Positions 47,384 through 61,041 of a stretch of 64,000 nucleotides of DNA are shown here, in pieces (the first letter of the stretch is position 1; each line of letters opens with the position of its first letter). A program made the position numbers and the translations under genes. The notes below the pieces were generated by a model. That model saw only the letters and a program-made list of their open reading frames with translations. It was not told where the DNA came from and did not search any database. Origin of the DNA: Okamejei kenojei (lineage: Eukaryota); contig CM069159.1 in assembly GCA_035221665.1 (NCBI GenBank), positions 28,892,001 to 28,956,000 on the forward strand, given 5' to 3'.

Positions 47384-50300
47384 GCAAGTCCCTTTGGATG
47401 ATAAAACAAATCACGACCAAATACTGTGTTGTTATTCTGTCAACAAATTCTGTGTTGAGAGTTTGTGATTCCTGCGATACGTCCCTGAGCTTAATTGGTC
47501 ACAAAGTAGTTCTGTTACTATACTGTAATTTCCACTTATTCATAACTACACGCAATGCTCCAAATGTGGCCAAGCCAAAGTTCTATAAAGTCACATCATG
47601 ACTTCTTGACTGTTATACTCAATGCTCTGACATATGCAAACAAGCATACTATATGCCTTCTTAACCATGCTTATCTACTTGAATTGCCAGTTATGTTTCC
47701 CTTGCAGCCATGTTTCTGCAAGGACCAACTCATTATAGTCCCAAGCACTGATCCAGGCTCTAAGTTAATCTGCTTTCTCCACAATGCTCCTGGCATTGAA
47801 ATAAACACACTTCAGCCCATCAGCATCACCATTTTTCTTCACCCCCCTGCCTGTGTTTCCTTTGAACTAACTGGTCCAAACCTCTACCTTCCCATCACCA
47901 CTTCTAATTGCTGACGTACAACTTTGGTTCCCAGCCCCTGCCTCCCAGAAAATTAGGAAATCCAAATTAGTTTTATAAAAAGCCACAAAGATAGACACAA
48001 AAAGCTGGAGTATCTCCAGCATCTCTGGAGAAAGGAATAGGTGACGCTTTGGGTCGAGAAAAGACATTTAGGAGATTTAATCAAGAGCTAAGTTATGATG
48101 TGTGAAATATTAAATTATATATCTTTAGAAAAAAACGTTATTTTACCAAGAATGGAGGATTAGAGGCATTAATTATCTAGCAATAAATATTTTTTTGAAA
48201 AATCATGTTGGAAGGACTTGAGTGATGTTAGGGTAACAGTGGCAGATGTTGGAATCTTAAGCAAAACACAAAGTGCGAGAGTAACTCAGCAGATCAGGCA
48301 GCATCTGTAGAGAAAGTCTCCCATTGTCTACAAATGCTGTCTGATCCACTGAGGTACTCCAGCACTCTAGGTAAAGAGATGATTTTAAGAAACTATTACT
48401 AAATCCCACATCTATGTAGAAAAGGAAGGTAGACACAAAATGCTGGAGTAACTCAGCAGGACAGGCAGCACCTGTGGAGAGAAGGAATGGGTGATGTTTC
48501 AGGTCGAGACCCTCCTTCAGACTGATGTCAGGGGAGTGGGCAGTACAGAGATAAAATGTAGTCAGAGGCAGTAAGACTGGTGGGAGAACTGGGAAGGGGG
48601 AGGGGATGGAGTGAGAGTGAAAGCAAGGGCTACTTGAAGTTAGAAAAGTCAATGTTCGTACTGGTGGGGTTAAGCTACCCAAGCGAAATAGGTGCTGTTC
48701 CTCCAATTTGTGTTGGGTCTCATTCTGACAATGGAGGAGGCCCTGGACAGAAAGGTCAGATTCAGAATGGGAGGGGGAGTTAAAGTGCTGAGCAACCGGG
48801 AATTCAGGTAGGTTTAAGTGGACTGAGCGGAGGTGTTCGCTGAGCCTGCACTTGGTCTTGCTTATATACTGGAGTTGACACTTAGCGGATACAGTAGGTG
48901 AGGTTGGAGGAGGATCAAGTGAACCTCTGCCTCACCTGAAAAGACTGTTGGTATCCTCGGTTGGAGTCGAGGGGGGAGGTAAAGGGACAGGTGTTACATC
49001 TCCTGTGTTTGCAGGGGAAAGTACCTGGGGAGGGTGTGGGAAGGGACGAGTTGACCAGGTAGTTACGGCTGGAACGGTCTCTGCGGAAAGCAGAAAGGGG
49101 TGGAGATGGGAAGATGCGGCCAGTAGTGTGATCCCGTTGGAGGTGGCGAAAATGTTGGAGAATTATGTGCTGTATGCAACGGCTGATGGGGTGGAAGGTG
49201 AGGACAAGGGGACTCTGTCCTTGTTATGAAAGGAGGGAGGGGGGAGCAAGAGCGGAGCTGTGGGATATCGAGGACCTTTGTGAGAGCCTCATCTATAATG
49301 GAAGAGGGGAATATGTAGACAATTTCTACATATTTCTATATGTTTTTGAAACTAGCCAATTTATTAAATTGCAGTATTAACGTTTCATTATAGTTTAAGA
49401 ATATTAAAAATATATATTTGTTCTTGGTTTTCTTAAATGTGGCATTTACAGAGAATAAATTGCATTTGTGTGTGAATGTGCTTGGCTGGGTGTGTCACTT
49501 GGTTTGCACTGACGGATACATTGCTGTTGGTTCACAGTATGAGACTGCACTGGACACTGACAATCCTGGAACCCTCCAGCAGGTGGCATATCACACAGTT
49601 AATCGACGCTACAGTGAGTTCCTGAATTTGCAAACCAGGCTGGAGGAGAAGACAGAACTTCGTAAGATCATCAAAAGTAAGAGCACAGCAATGAAACAGG
49701 ATGTCTGAATGAGCTGGTGTAGGAACAGATCATTTTCCATATTTCATATTTCCTTATAACATAGAAGGAGGCTAGTTTCGACCATCCATCTACACCAGGG
49801 CAATTTGCAGTGTTTAATTAACTTGCTAAATGGAACATACATACATACATACATACATACACACCCACACACCTTTGTTTAGAGATTTTTGGCCCACTGA
49901 GTCCACACTGACCATCAGTTACCCTTTCACACTAGGTTGAGGTTATGCGTATGTTATCCCATTTTCTCATCCACTCCCTAGAGGGCTATATTTTTTAGTG
50001 GCCAATTGACCTACAAACCTATACATCTTTGTTATATGGGAAGAAAGCAGGTTAATTGGCTTAGTAAAAATGTAAATTGTCCCGAATGTGTGTAGGGTAG
50101 TATTAATGTGTGGGGATCGCTGGTCGGTGTGGACTCGGTGGACCGAAGAGCATGTTTCAGCGATGTATTTCTAAATATAAAACTAAATTTGTGGCAGAAA
50201 TAATTTAATGGCTTTAAATTGGGACATCCCAAGAAACCAATGCAAATCTGACTTTCTTGTCTCTAATTATGTCTGTGTCGTTGCTTATACTTTTAAGCAA

Positions 50301-53300
50301 CGGGATTTTGATGCTTTCTGATTTTAACACAGGTATAATAGATCTAAATGTCATCGATTACTATTGGCAAAATTATTAAAATTATTTTCAATGGGGATTA
50401 ATTATGTTTTTCCCAGTAATAGATTTTTGTTGGTTTCCAGATATCAAAGGGCCAAAGAAACTATTTCCTGATTTGCCATTTGGAAATATGGACACTGATA
50501 AAGTTGAGGCTCGAAAAAGTCTTCTTGAGACATTTCTGAAGGTAGGAACAAACTAATGCATGTATCATCCTCAATGAGGGAGGTGTTTCCATCTGGTCAC
50601 CCATTAAGGCATATACCCAGAAGATAGACCCAAAATGCTGGAGTAACTCAGTGGAACAGGTAGCATCTCTCGGTTGAAGGACTGGGTGAAGTTTCAGGTC
50701 GAGACCCTTCTTCTGACTTATACCCACTCTCCCATAGGAATTTCTCATGCAGACTGTGTTTAATGGTGTCGTTAAAATTGCATAGAGCATCTAAATTCGG
50801 ATCACAGAACACTTTAGAATGGCCATTTTAATCAGCTCGTTAACAATTTGGCTGAGTAAACTGTGGCTTACAAAAATATTACTGGAATCTGGCCTGCATC
50901 ATTGCATTGCACAAAGAGTAATAGTGAGAGATGGTTTCTCTTGGAATTTTTATGTTGGACTCCATCCATAGAAAGATAGTCTCCCTGGAGCCAACAGGGG
51001 ACTTGAAGTATAAATAAAACCTTTCTGCAATTATATAGGGCTTGGTTAATATTGAACAATTATATTGAATAGCAGAGCAGACGGAGGGGGAATTTGTACT
51101 TCTATTTTTGTATTTAATTACAGCTTCCTTGAGTATCAAATTGCTTATCATAGTTTACTTTTGTGAACTATTTTTTGGAACTGAAACTTAGGGAAAGGTT
51201 ATATTTTCTAATTGCGGTCGCTAACTTGTGTTATAATTTTTTTGTATTATGTATGGAGTATGTAAGAAAATAAGATTTTCATCTTCCAATGCAGCAACTT
51301 TGTGCCATTCCTGAAAGTGCGTACTCTGAAGAGATGCAAGAATTCCTGGCCCTCAACACCGATGCCAGGATTGCTTTTGTGAAGAAGTCCTTTGTGTCCA
51401 GGATTGACAAGGTTATTACTATCTGGGAACATTTTTATTGATCATCCTCTCTTCGAGAGCCCTTTTATTTATATGCTTTTAACGGAAAGCTGTGAGTTAT
51501 AGATCAACATGTATTTGTTTATGTTTTTGCTGGGTCCAAATCGAACTGCTGATGTCCTTCCAGCAGGTCAGTTCTTCGTAAATGTTGTGGCAGAGAGTTC
51601 TGAAACAAGATTAAAGGTGGCACAACTGCAGTGAACCTAGGTTCGATCCAAATCGTTGGTGTTTGGTAGCAATTTTATATGTTTTCCCTGTGATTATGTT
51701 GGTTTCCACCGATGCTCCACTGTTTCCTCCCACATCCCAAAGATGTATTGGTTTGTATTCCATTTCTCCCATTATAGGCAGATGGTTAAAGAAGCAGAGG
51801 TGAATAAGAATAGGTTACAGGGAAATAGGTCAGGCAATGGGATTTCTGTTAGAGCCAGCATAGATGGAAATACTGAGAATATTGGAAGTCAGATGCAGCT
51901 CCACCGGTGGATTTATCGCCAAATCTGGGGATGGAGCACTCCATACCTAAGTCATAGAGTCATCCAGCAAGGAAACAGGCCCTTCAGCCCAACAAGCCAA
52001 TCATGACGCTGCATCTAAGATAGTCCTATTTACCCACGTTTGCCCATATCCCTCTAATCCTTTCCTATCCATGTACCTGTCTGAAGTAGCAGACCAGACC
52101 TGAGGTCCAACAGTTTGGTATTACACTGAGGATGGCAGACAAATGTGTGACAACTGCATTTGAATGCAATGACCTTGACTGGTTTGTATAGTCTTCTTTG
52201 TTTTATCATAATTTTATTTTATTACTTAATTTGTGGTTGTTTTTAGATGTTTTTATGTAAGTTTATGTTTAATTAAACAAAAACATCTATTTGATTTGTG
52301 TACGAACATTTTCCATTATCAGATAACCAAGAACAGTTCAAAGGCCATTGACACTGTCAAAGGCCACCGAGGCAATCCAGAGATGCAGCCTCAGGATCTG
52401 ACACATTAAGTTAATTGTTAATGGGTATAACTGCATCACAAGGGTGGGCTGCTGCACCCAACATCCAGCTTTATTGCAGAACAATGAAAAGTAAATGTGG
52501 CTATGGAGAAATCCAAAATAGTTGCTGATTGTCTGATTGGGCCATTCTCAGCATTAGGGGTTCATGCTAGTGATGAAATTTAATTGTGTTGATGAGACCA
52601 TTTGCCAGGGGATTGTATGAGCATGGTCTGTCTTTCTTTCAGATTGTCGTTAGTGCAATTGTGGATACATTGAAGACAGCATTCCCCCGAACAGACCCTC
52701 AGAGTCCTACTGAGGAATTGGGAGAGTGCGAAGCAGATTGCAAGTTCCAAGGAGATGGAAAGAAAGCCAACAAGTGGGTATCTGTAAAATACATTAAAGA
52801 TTCTTAATCTGGAGACTGAAGAAGGGTCCATGCTCTCCAGAGATGCTGCCTGACCTGCTGCTTTACTCCAGCACTTTGTGTCGTCTTTTGTAAACCATCG
52901 CCTGCTTTTCCTTGTTTCTACAAAGACTTTTTTAATATTTGCAGATTTTTGCATCTCTCAAGTGATTGTTCGTTTTTCTCATTGTTCCTACAAAAACAAA
53001 CAGGAGAATGTTCTGCTTTATTGCATGAAGCAAAAGTACATTTTCACTTGTCACTTAACAACCTCGATGCACCAAACAAAATATTTTATCTGATTGTAAT
53101 CTCTCATGATATATTTCAAGCCATAAAGGTTTCTGTGTTAATCATGTGTGCATATTCCAGACTTTATTTTGTGCTCTAAAATATTTTAAAAATTAATTAC
53201 AAATCGTGCATGTTACTTCCTGGTTAGTTGTGAGTTTTTAGCAGTGAGATTCGCTTCCCGTCCAATTTGAGGCTGCTGTCAACAAACATCGTAAAGAGAA

Positions 53301-56300
53301 ATGTGTATGAAGGAACTGCAGATGCTGGATTGCACCGAAGATAGACACAAAATACTGGAGTAACTCAGCGGGAGAGGCAGCATCTCTGCAAAGAAGGAAT
53401 GGGTGATGTTTTGGCTTGAGACCAGTCTAAAGAAAGGTCTCGACCCGAAGGATCTCAATCCAAAATGTCAGCCATTCCTTCTATCCAGAGATGTTGCCTA
53501 TCCGGCTGAGTTACTCCAGCATTTTGTGTCTATCTTCGGAAAGGAAAATGCTAGGTGATAGAAATTACTATTTCTAGTCTGGACCTTTCTTCAGACAAAC
53601 GTTGTCTGTCTTTTCCCTCCATAAATGTTGCCTGCCCTGCTGAGTTCCCCCTGCATTTTTTTTTGCTCAATATTCCAGCATCTGCAGATTTTTCCTGTCC
53701 CCACAAAAAATTGATACTTTTCTTCCAATTAAAGAACTGTTACATTTATTTATTTCAGATCCCGTCTAAGGTTTGCCTCCAGTAAGATTGCTCCGGTACT
53801 AAGTGTTGGAGACATTCAAGCAAAAATCACATACTGCTACAATGAAAATGCTGTAAGTCTCCGGTTTTCTTTTTTATTTCTGCAATAAAACTGAACATTG
53901 AAAGTTATTCACTATTTCCATGTACAGTCCATGTAAGATCTGACCAAAAATAATATCAGTTTTGGTATTTATTTCATTTCCAGGTAATGTTGCTCACTTA
54001 GGTTCTGAATATACTTAAAACACATGATGTATATTTTTGTTTTGATTACCCTTTGGCTTGAACGCTGGCCAGGCAGTTTAGTGAAAAATATACCAGACTT
54101 ATTATAGCTAGAGAGACTTGCGTTGTCCATTGTGTAGTCAGAACTAACCCTGAAAGGTTTCCATCTTCTATTGAACCAGATGCCAAAACATTGGGAGTTT
54201 CGAATTATCAAATAATAAATACAATCAAATCCCCCAAATGGTCAACTCATCTTTCCTTAAAAAAGGGAGGCAACATTTATAGTTGAGGACATGTGCATTC
54301 TCCTTTCACTCTTCCCGACTGGTAAAGTGACATTGCCATTGCCCTGGGAGAAGTGTCTGCTCTGAGGGTATCAATGGTACATTTAGCTTCTGGCTTTGAT
54401 GAGGTAACTTAAAAGAGACATTTTCATCTAATGACATTTGCAGAAAATGAACTATAAATTAAATACCACATTTCCAGAAAGCATTTTATGTCTGGAGTTA
54501 CAGAGGGTGAAAAATGCAACTCTTAATAAGCAGGCACGTTACCAAGGGCAGTAAATATAAACTTTTGCAAAACACAAAGTGCTGGAGGAACTCAGGCGGT
54601 CAGGCAGTATCTGTGGAGGGAATGGACAGACGATGTTTCGGGTCAGGCCTCCTCCTCAAATATAAACTGTTCTTCAAGACTATCACTTACACACAGGGTG
54701 TTCTACTGAGTTAGCTTTTTGAGCTTGTTACGAATGCCAATGTAGGTGTTATGCTCCATATTTCAATGAGATGATGATAATTAAAAAATTGGCTGTGTAT
54801 TTGTGTTAATTCATAAGTGTAATAGTATCGTACAAATTTATGGCACAATATGAGACTCTTCAGCCCAATGTGTCATGTCAGCTAAAGTGGTGTGACTTAG
54901 ATTCCGTCCACTCCCAGCTCTCCATAGCCTTGTAGGATTTTGTGATGTATGAATAGATATTATGCATACAATATACAGTCAAAATTCAGGCATAAATCCA
55001 ATGTTCTACAACATTGTATTTGCAAAATGCAAAAAGAAAACAATCAGAAAGAACTGTAGAGTTTATATTGCTGAGGAAAAATAGTTTGATGCATTTTTTA
55101 AAGATATTGCAGCACTATTTGGAATAATCCAATGTTTCCTGAATGGATCATTGGGGCTGTCTGGGTTGCAGGTGGCACTGACTTTGGATATTTTACTCCA
55201 TCAGTATTCCAACAATTTCTCTTGCTTTCATTTCTTGTGGTATTAAGTATCTCGTTTTCATGAGCTGGCTCAAGTGGCAAAATGTGTTTGGTTTGCATTC
55301 AGAACAAATAAAGTTTTATTTGGTACTGGAAAAGCCTTCCCATGTTTATTGCATGAACCGGTGATGCTATTAATACAGCGTATTTATCTACAACATGCCT
55401 AATGTATATTCCATATGCCACTCGTATTGAACCTTTGGTGATATAAATTACTGGTTGGGCTTGTTTGTTTTGAGTGATTTTTGATCTGAAACGCATGTTA
55501 TACTTTATAAGTGCCTTATAACGTGCTCATACATTGGGTAATGAAGGTGGGCACTCTATTCAATTACTTATGCAATGCCAGCACCAGTGCATTGCAAGAT
55601 GTGGTCAATTGCTGCAGCTAAGGTTAAGTTCAGATCTTTCAAAAATTTGTTTGTCGTTACAGCACACAATGGAAATAAGTTTTCATGCTGCTGTGCTTAA
55701 TAACAATGAGTTCTAGATTTTTAACTGTAATTCATTGTTACTGGAAACATGATCAATTAGACAGCGCAACAAAGAGACTACAAAACCAGTTGGTCAGATT
55801 GATCTGTTTGTGGCATTTCATAGTAAAATGGCAGGCACCCTGGTTGATAGGGAACATTACAAAGAACTATTTGTTGCTTGTTCAGTAGTAAATATATTTA
55901 GCGTGGAAGTGTGTGTTTATATAATTTAGTTCACAATGAAAAAGATTTATTAACCAACACGTGGGTAAGGTTTGTGACCCCTCTGTTCCTTATTGTTCAT
56001 TATGTTAGTAAAAATGTTAGAAAGAGGAATGGATCTTTTGGCTTAAAATTTAAATATTAAAATTGGCTTGAGATGGAAAAAAAGTGCACAGTGAAAGAGT
56101 CTTGGGCCCAGTAAAAAAGGGTTGCCTGGCAAATTTACAACTCAAAATTTACATCTAATGTAATACAAATAATACATGGTGGGCAAAACATTCAGCTGAT
56201 TGGACTGGAAATTAATTTTGCCCAGAGCTCGTATCCAGCCGTTAGGAAACATTTGAGAAATTTAGTAGGGCTGAGCACCATGCGATTTTTGGATGATATT

Positions 56301-59300
56301 GTTGCCCCAATTGATCAAAACATACCTTTAATATAGTACTCCATCTTTCTACCTCTCTAATTTTTGCCTGTAGCATATTATGCCATTCAGCCAAATATGT
56401 TATGCCAGCTATAATGGAGTTCAAAAACTATGTTCTGAACAGAACTCAGAGCAAAACATTAGCCATGAGTCTGGTAGTTCCTTCAGGCTCAGTGTCAAAT
56501 GTTGCTTGGTTACTGCACTGATTAAACACCTAGGATATTATGTCAAAGCATTGCATAGTTGTTGTCTCTGGTCCCAATTTAAAAGTTTCAAGATAATGTG
56601 GGGAATTAACAAAATTGTTTCCTGATTATTTCAGCATCCAAGCACTGTCTGAAAGGCATTGAGCATTGACATATGTAATAAGGCATTTGGAATACAAGTG
56701 AAATAAATCATTTTAACAGTCAATAAAGATCAAGAGGCAACTATAAACTGGAGGAGAGGAATCCAGCTTGTTGGCGTTAACACTGACGTCACAATGGCCG
56801 CTGGATACAGTCAGGGAAAGTTCATCTATTTGAAAATCTGTCTGTGAACCTTCAGCCTTTGTAGACCATTCTGATTTATTTCATTGTTCCCACATCAGAT
56901 ACCAGGGAGAAAGGGCAATGAACTCAACCCCGTCCTTGTCTACAGAGCTTTTTTTTAAAGTAAATGAGCTGCAAGTGTACATGTATTTTTCATGGATAAA
57001 CTCAAAGACTATTAAATTAAATTGCTGCTGCATTTCAATGCTTTATGCTGAGAATTGAATGTGGCTGCAAATTGATTGGAATTGTATAGGTTAATTCAGA
57101 ATAACACCTTTATCGCTGAATTGGAAGGCATGAAATCAAGTTCCATTTCAGAACCTCTACATAGAATTTGGGATAATAAAGTATTTTAGGATGTGTGTTC
57201 TGGTGTGCCCTCTTTTGAATACAATGTTAAAACTAGGTTTGATATGTGTGCTTAGATTATAACTGAATCCTGGAGTCAAAGTGATTGTCGTTGACTTCAA
57301 GGTAGCATTTGACTGATTATGGCATTGAGAAGCTTTGGTGGGTGCCTGGAACGTGCTGCCAGGGATAGTGGTGGAGGTAGAGACAACAGTAGCATTTAAG
57401 ATGCTTTTGGAGAGGCACATGGACATGCAGGGAATGAAGGAAATGGAACATGTGGAGGCAGATCAACTTCATACACGATAGTGGCATGTAAGAGGCTTTT
57501 AGATAGGCATGTGGAAATGCAAGGAATTCAAATCTGTAATTTAGCAAGGAGAGTATCAAATATTTTTCAGTGGAAACAAAGTTCTTTCTGGAAGGGAATA
57601 TTCAGCTGTTATGACTCTTATTCTACCATGTACTCAAATGGTTGCATAAGATTTTTGAATGAGCAGAGTATAATTAGCTTTGTTAAAACTGAATTTGCAT
57701 TGCCACTCCGTAAATTTATATTGCCCTTTATCTAGTATTTCATTCTTATTGTACACATAGACATGCTCGCATATTGCTAACATTATTGGTCACATTACAT
57801 ATTTTTAAATGATATATATTAAATTAACTTTTGGGAGAAATATGTTGTTGAATAATTTTGCCAGAATATGATTATTATTGTTATTATGTAACTGTGGTTT
57901 TATATATCTCAGTTATCCGAAGGTCTTTGCGCAGCAGGTATGGAGGACTTCATCTTGGAACAGGGAAAGCTACTGGGAAGAACACACCTGAATGTGAAGG
58001 GAAGAGTGTCCAAAGTGGATGCCATTAAAGAACATAATTACTCAGACAAGAAGCCGAAAAGCAGTGAGCCATCTTCCAACCAGCAATTTAATTGTGGTAA
58101 GCATTTGACCATAACTACTCGCTAGTATTGTTTTGCATTGGCTCAACAATAGCAGCTGTTAAATAGGACCTTTAATGTAACAAGGCATTCAGAGGACATT
58201 TGCACAAGCATTGTGACACTTACATAAATAAATGGAGACGCAAAGAACTGCAGATGCTGGAATCTTGATCAAATCACAATGTGGTGAAGCAGTTTAGCGG
58301 GGGTCAGGTAGCATCGGTGAAGGGAATGGCCATGCGCCGTTTTGGGTTGGGACCCTTCTGCAGGTCTGGAGGGGTTCCAACCCAAAATGTCGACAGGCAC
58401 ATTCTCTCTACATATGTTGCCTGCCCCACTGATTTCATCCAACACTTTCTTTTTTAAATAAGTGTGTCAAAAGTCAATAACTTTGTGTTGGTCAAAAGTT
58501 AGACAAAGAGATGGGCTTTAAGAAGTATAGTGACTGTGATAAGAGAAGTGGAGAGTTTTACAGAGGGAATTCGATCTTATGGCCTGTCTAGTCTGGTTTC
58601 CTACACTGTTCCAACAAATATCAACATGAGTTCAAAGATAATTCCTCATTTTCGATTTACGAATGTTGTTGTCTTGGGATGCACTGTTGAATACAACATT
58701 TTCAAAATGCCATTCTTTCCTGTTGGTATCAGAACTGAAACATTCTGACATAGTTTACCACCTGAAACAACTCAATATTTTTTCACTTTATAGATATTAG
58801 CTGATCTGCTTGGTATTTTCTTTAGTTTAGATTTTCAGAAGAGATTAGTATCTCTTTAGTTTAGATTTTCAGCAGCTGCTCTGTTCTGCAACTAATAGTT
58901 CCAACATGCAATTTCTTGAATCTTGTGTGTGCGAACTGGCTCTGATATTGTCCTTCCATATTGTTTTGAACTGTAGCAAAGCCTTTAATGACATTTTATT
59001 TTAGTTAACTCACAATTTGTATTGGCCTGATACATTTTAGGGACACGAAAGATCAGAAATGATGACACTGATTTATACTGTGACCAATGATTCTGGGCGT
59101 AGCATTCTTGCCTCTGGGTTAGGCTCTGGATTGAGCATCAACATATAGACTAACATTCTGGTGATGTGCTAAGGAACTGGTCTTCTGTGGAAGTGAGGAA
59201 TGTGCTGGTTGAGGTGTGAACTTTCAAATGAAACTTGGTTTAAAGTTGCAGTAGATGAATGTTGAACTTCTGGCAACATGTCAAAGAAGAGCAAATGCTT

Positions 59301-61041
59301 TTGCTGTTTTATTAACCTATCTATTGTAATGCATTTATATGCCAATTGCCACGTTGCTATTTGTCGGTAGCCATGTCACTTCTAGATTTGGATATTAGAT
59401 TAGATATTAGAAGGGGCTGTGACTTTAGATTTGAATAGAGAGTAATCATCAAAACTATTTCATTGGCATTGCAAATTGAAAAAAAAACTTTAGCTCCCCT
59501 CCCATTCCCAATCTGACCTTTCTGTCCTGGGCCTCCTCCATTGTCCGAGTGAGGCCCAGTGCAAATTGGAGGAACAACACCTCACATTTTGCTTGGGTAG
59601 CTTACACCCCAGTGGTATGAACATTGACTTCCCTAACTTCAAGTAGCCCTTTCCTTCCCTCTCTCTCCATCCCCTCCCCCTTCCCAGTTCTCCCACCAGT
59701 CTTACTGTCTCCGACTGCATTCTATTTCTGTCCCGCCCACTTCCCTGACATCCGTCTGAAGATGGGTCTCGAACCGAAACATCACCCATTCCTTCACTCC
59801 AGAGATGCTGCCTGCCCGCTGAGTTACTCCAACATTTTGTGTATACCATCGATTTAAACCAACATCTGCAGTTCTTTCCTGCACATAATAAACACCTTTG
59901 TAAGTTTTTTTGTTTGAATCCCCCAAATACACAAATCTCCATTAGGCGGAAGTATAACACTATTCTTGCCAAGCTAGGCATTCAACATAATGAACGACAC
60001 AAACCATGTCCTCAAATAGTTCTTCCTCTTTTGTCCAAATGTTATTTATTATTCAGGAAGATTAATAAATACATATTTTTTCACACATAGAAAAAGATTA
60101 AATATTACTCATTAAATTTTTACAATTTTGGATTATTTTAACACATCTTCGTCTCTCCCTCAAAAAAGATAAATTAGATTCCATTTATCCTTAGAATGTT
60201 ATTCCCTGCAACAGCATTCAGTAAAAGGAGCTTTCTTGACAAAATATTTTTGAAATTTTTTCCCATTTTCAGTTTTGGTGATTTATTTCTTGGGATTATG
60301 AACTCCCTAGAGGGCTGCTTTTAAAATTTATCGGGAGGAAAGTACAGTGTCCTCCATAATGTTTGGGACAAAGACCCATCGTTTATTTATTTGCCTCTGT
60401 ACTCCACAATTTGAGATTTGTAATTTGAAAAAATTACATGCGGTTAAAGTGCACATTGTCAGATTTTATTAAAGTATTTTTAATACATTTTGGTTTCACT
60501 ATGTAGAAATTACAGCTGTGTTTATACATAGTATATAAACAAATATAATTTGTGTATCTCTGATCAGAGGCCTGAATTTATTACACTTCCTAGAACATAT
60601 TAACACGTTATCTGTGGTCTTGACTCTGTCATTTTATGTTAAATTCTTAGCAAATAAATTCAATACTTGTAAGCAGACTACAAATTTATTAAATGTGCCT
60701 ATTAGAAGCAAGCTATGAAAAGTTTCTTAACACTCACATTATGATTAAAACATTTTTTTTATTAAAGATGTTTTTATAGAATAGAATAGAATAGATTAAC
60801 ATTTATTGTCATTTGAACCTAAGTTCAAACGAAATTACGTTTATTGTGATCTTGTTTATTTATTGTGATCTTGAAAAGTGCATTTATTTTCATTTCCATT
60901 TTGGACAGAGGATTCTGAAACAGTCTTGGCAGATATAGCACTGGATCTTCTGTGCTTATTGATGAAAGACCACTGGAGCTGGATCTGTAGTGAGAACATG
61001 CAAAAGTTTATCCGACTGCTCTGCGGGACCCTGATAGAAAG
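45707..61041 (+). CDS. SNX19: Sorting nexin-19 gene, exons 1-8 (N-terminal TM, PXA, PX, start of C-terminal nexin domain), 3'-partial
   Basis: GGWLGS..HLERF, IIRDFV..WY (PXA), YTLYTIK|YETALD..AYHTVNRRYSEFLNLQTRLEEK (PX), KGPKKLFPDLP, VVSAIVDTLKTAFPR, LADIALDLL; no RGS domain, as expected for SNX19. Confidence 0.95.
48427..49310 (-). mobile_element. Penelope-like retroelement 3' fragment (degenerate GIY-YIG endonuclease + pseudo-LTR)
   Basis: Minus strand gives QYISKTKCRL and EEQHL-FRLGSL; pseudo-LTR with a hammerhead-like core near 48490-48520. Confidence 0.8.
49538..49676 (+). CDS. SNX19: SNX19 exon 2 (PX domain)
   Basis: tcacag / gtaaga; YETALD...RRYSEFLNLQTRLEEK. Confidence 0.95.
49835..49860. 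repeat. (ACAT)n microsatellite
   Basis: Direct reading. Confidence 0.9.
49875..50190. mobile_element. Two oppositely oriented partial HE1-type SINE 3' halves
   Basis: Minus-strand piece about 49875-50030, then plus-strand piece about 50048-50185. Confidence 0.55.
50441..50541 (+). CDS. SNX19: SNX19 exon 3
   Basis: ttccag / gtagga; IKGPKKLFPDLPFGNMDTDKVEARKSLLETFLK. Confidence 0.95.
51295..51411 (+). CDS. SNX19: SNX19 exon 4
   Basis: atgcag / gttatt; QLCAIPE...EFLALNTDARIAFVKK..VSRIDK. Confidence 0.95.
52643..52773 (+). CDS. SNX19: SNX19 exon 5
   Basis: tttcag / gtgggt; IVVSAIVDTLKTAFPRTDPQSPTEE. Confidence 0.95.
53759..53852 (+). CDS. SNX19: SNX19 exon 6
   Basis: tttcag / gtaagt; SRLRFASSKIAPVLSVGDIQAKITYC. 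Confidence 0.93.
57913..58096 (+). CDS. SNX19: SNX19 exon 7
   Basis: tctcag / gtaagc, phase 0 to 1; MEDFILEQGKLL. Confidence 0.85.
59491..59885 (+). mobile_element. Penelope-like retroelement 3' end
   Basis: SDLSVLGLLHCPSEAQCKLEEQHLTFCLGSLHPSGMNIDFPNFK*, then pseudo-LTR; inverted relative to the 48427 copy. Confidence 0.82.
60345..60532 (+). mobile_element. Tc1/mariner-like terminal fragment
   Basis: TA followed by CAGTG terminus; no partner TIR seen. Confidence 0.5.
60909..61041 (+). CDS. SNX19: SNX19 exon 8
   Basis: ggacag / gttagt; ETVLADIALDLLCLLMKDHWSWICSENMQKFIRLLCGTLIE. Confidence 0.93.

Noticed and set aside
58819-58872. Short local duplications (also near 33958-34057 and 63543-63590)
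   Set aside because: Ordinary slippage-type duplications with no further structure
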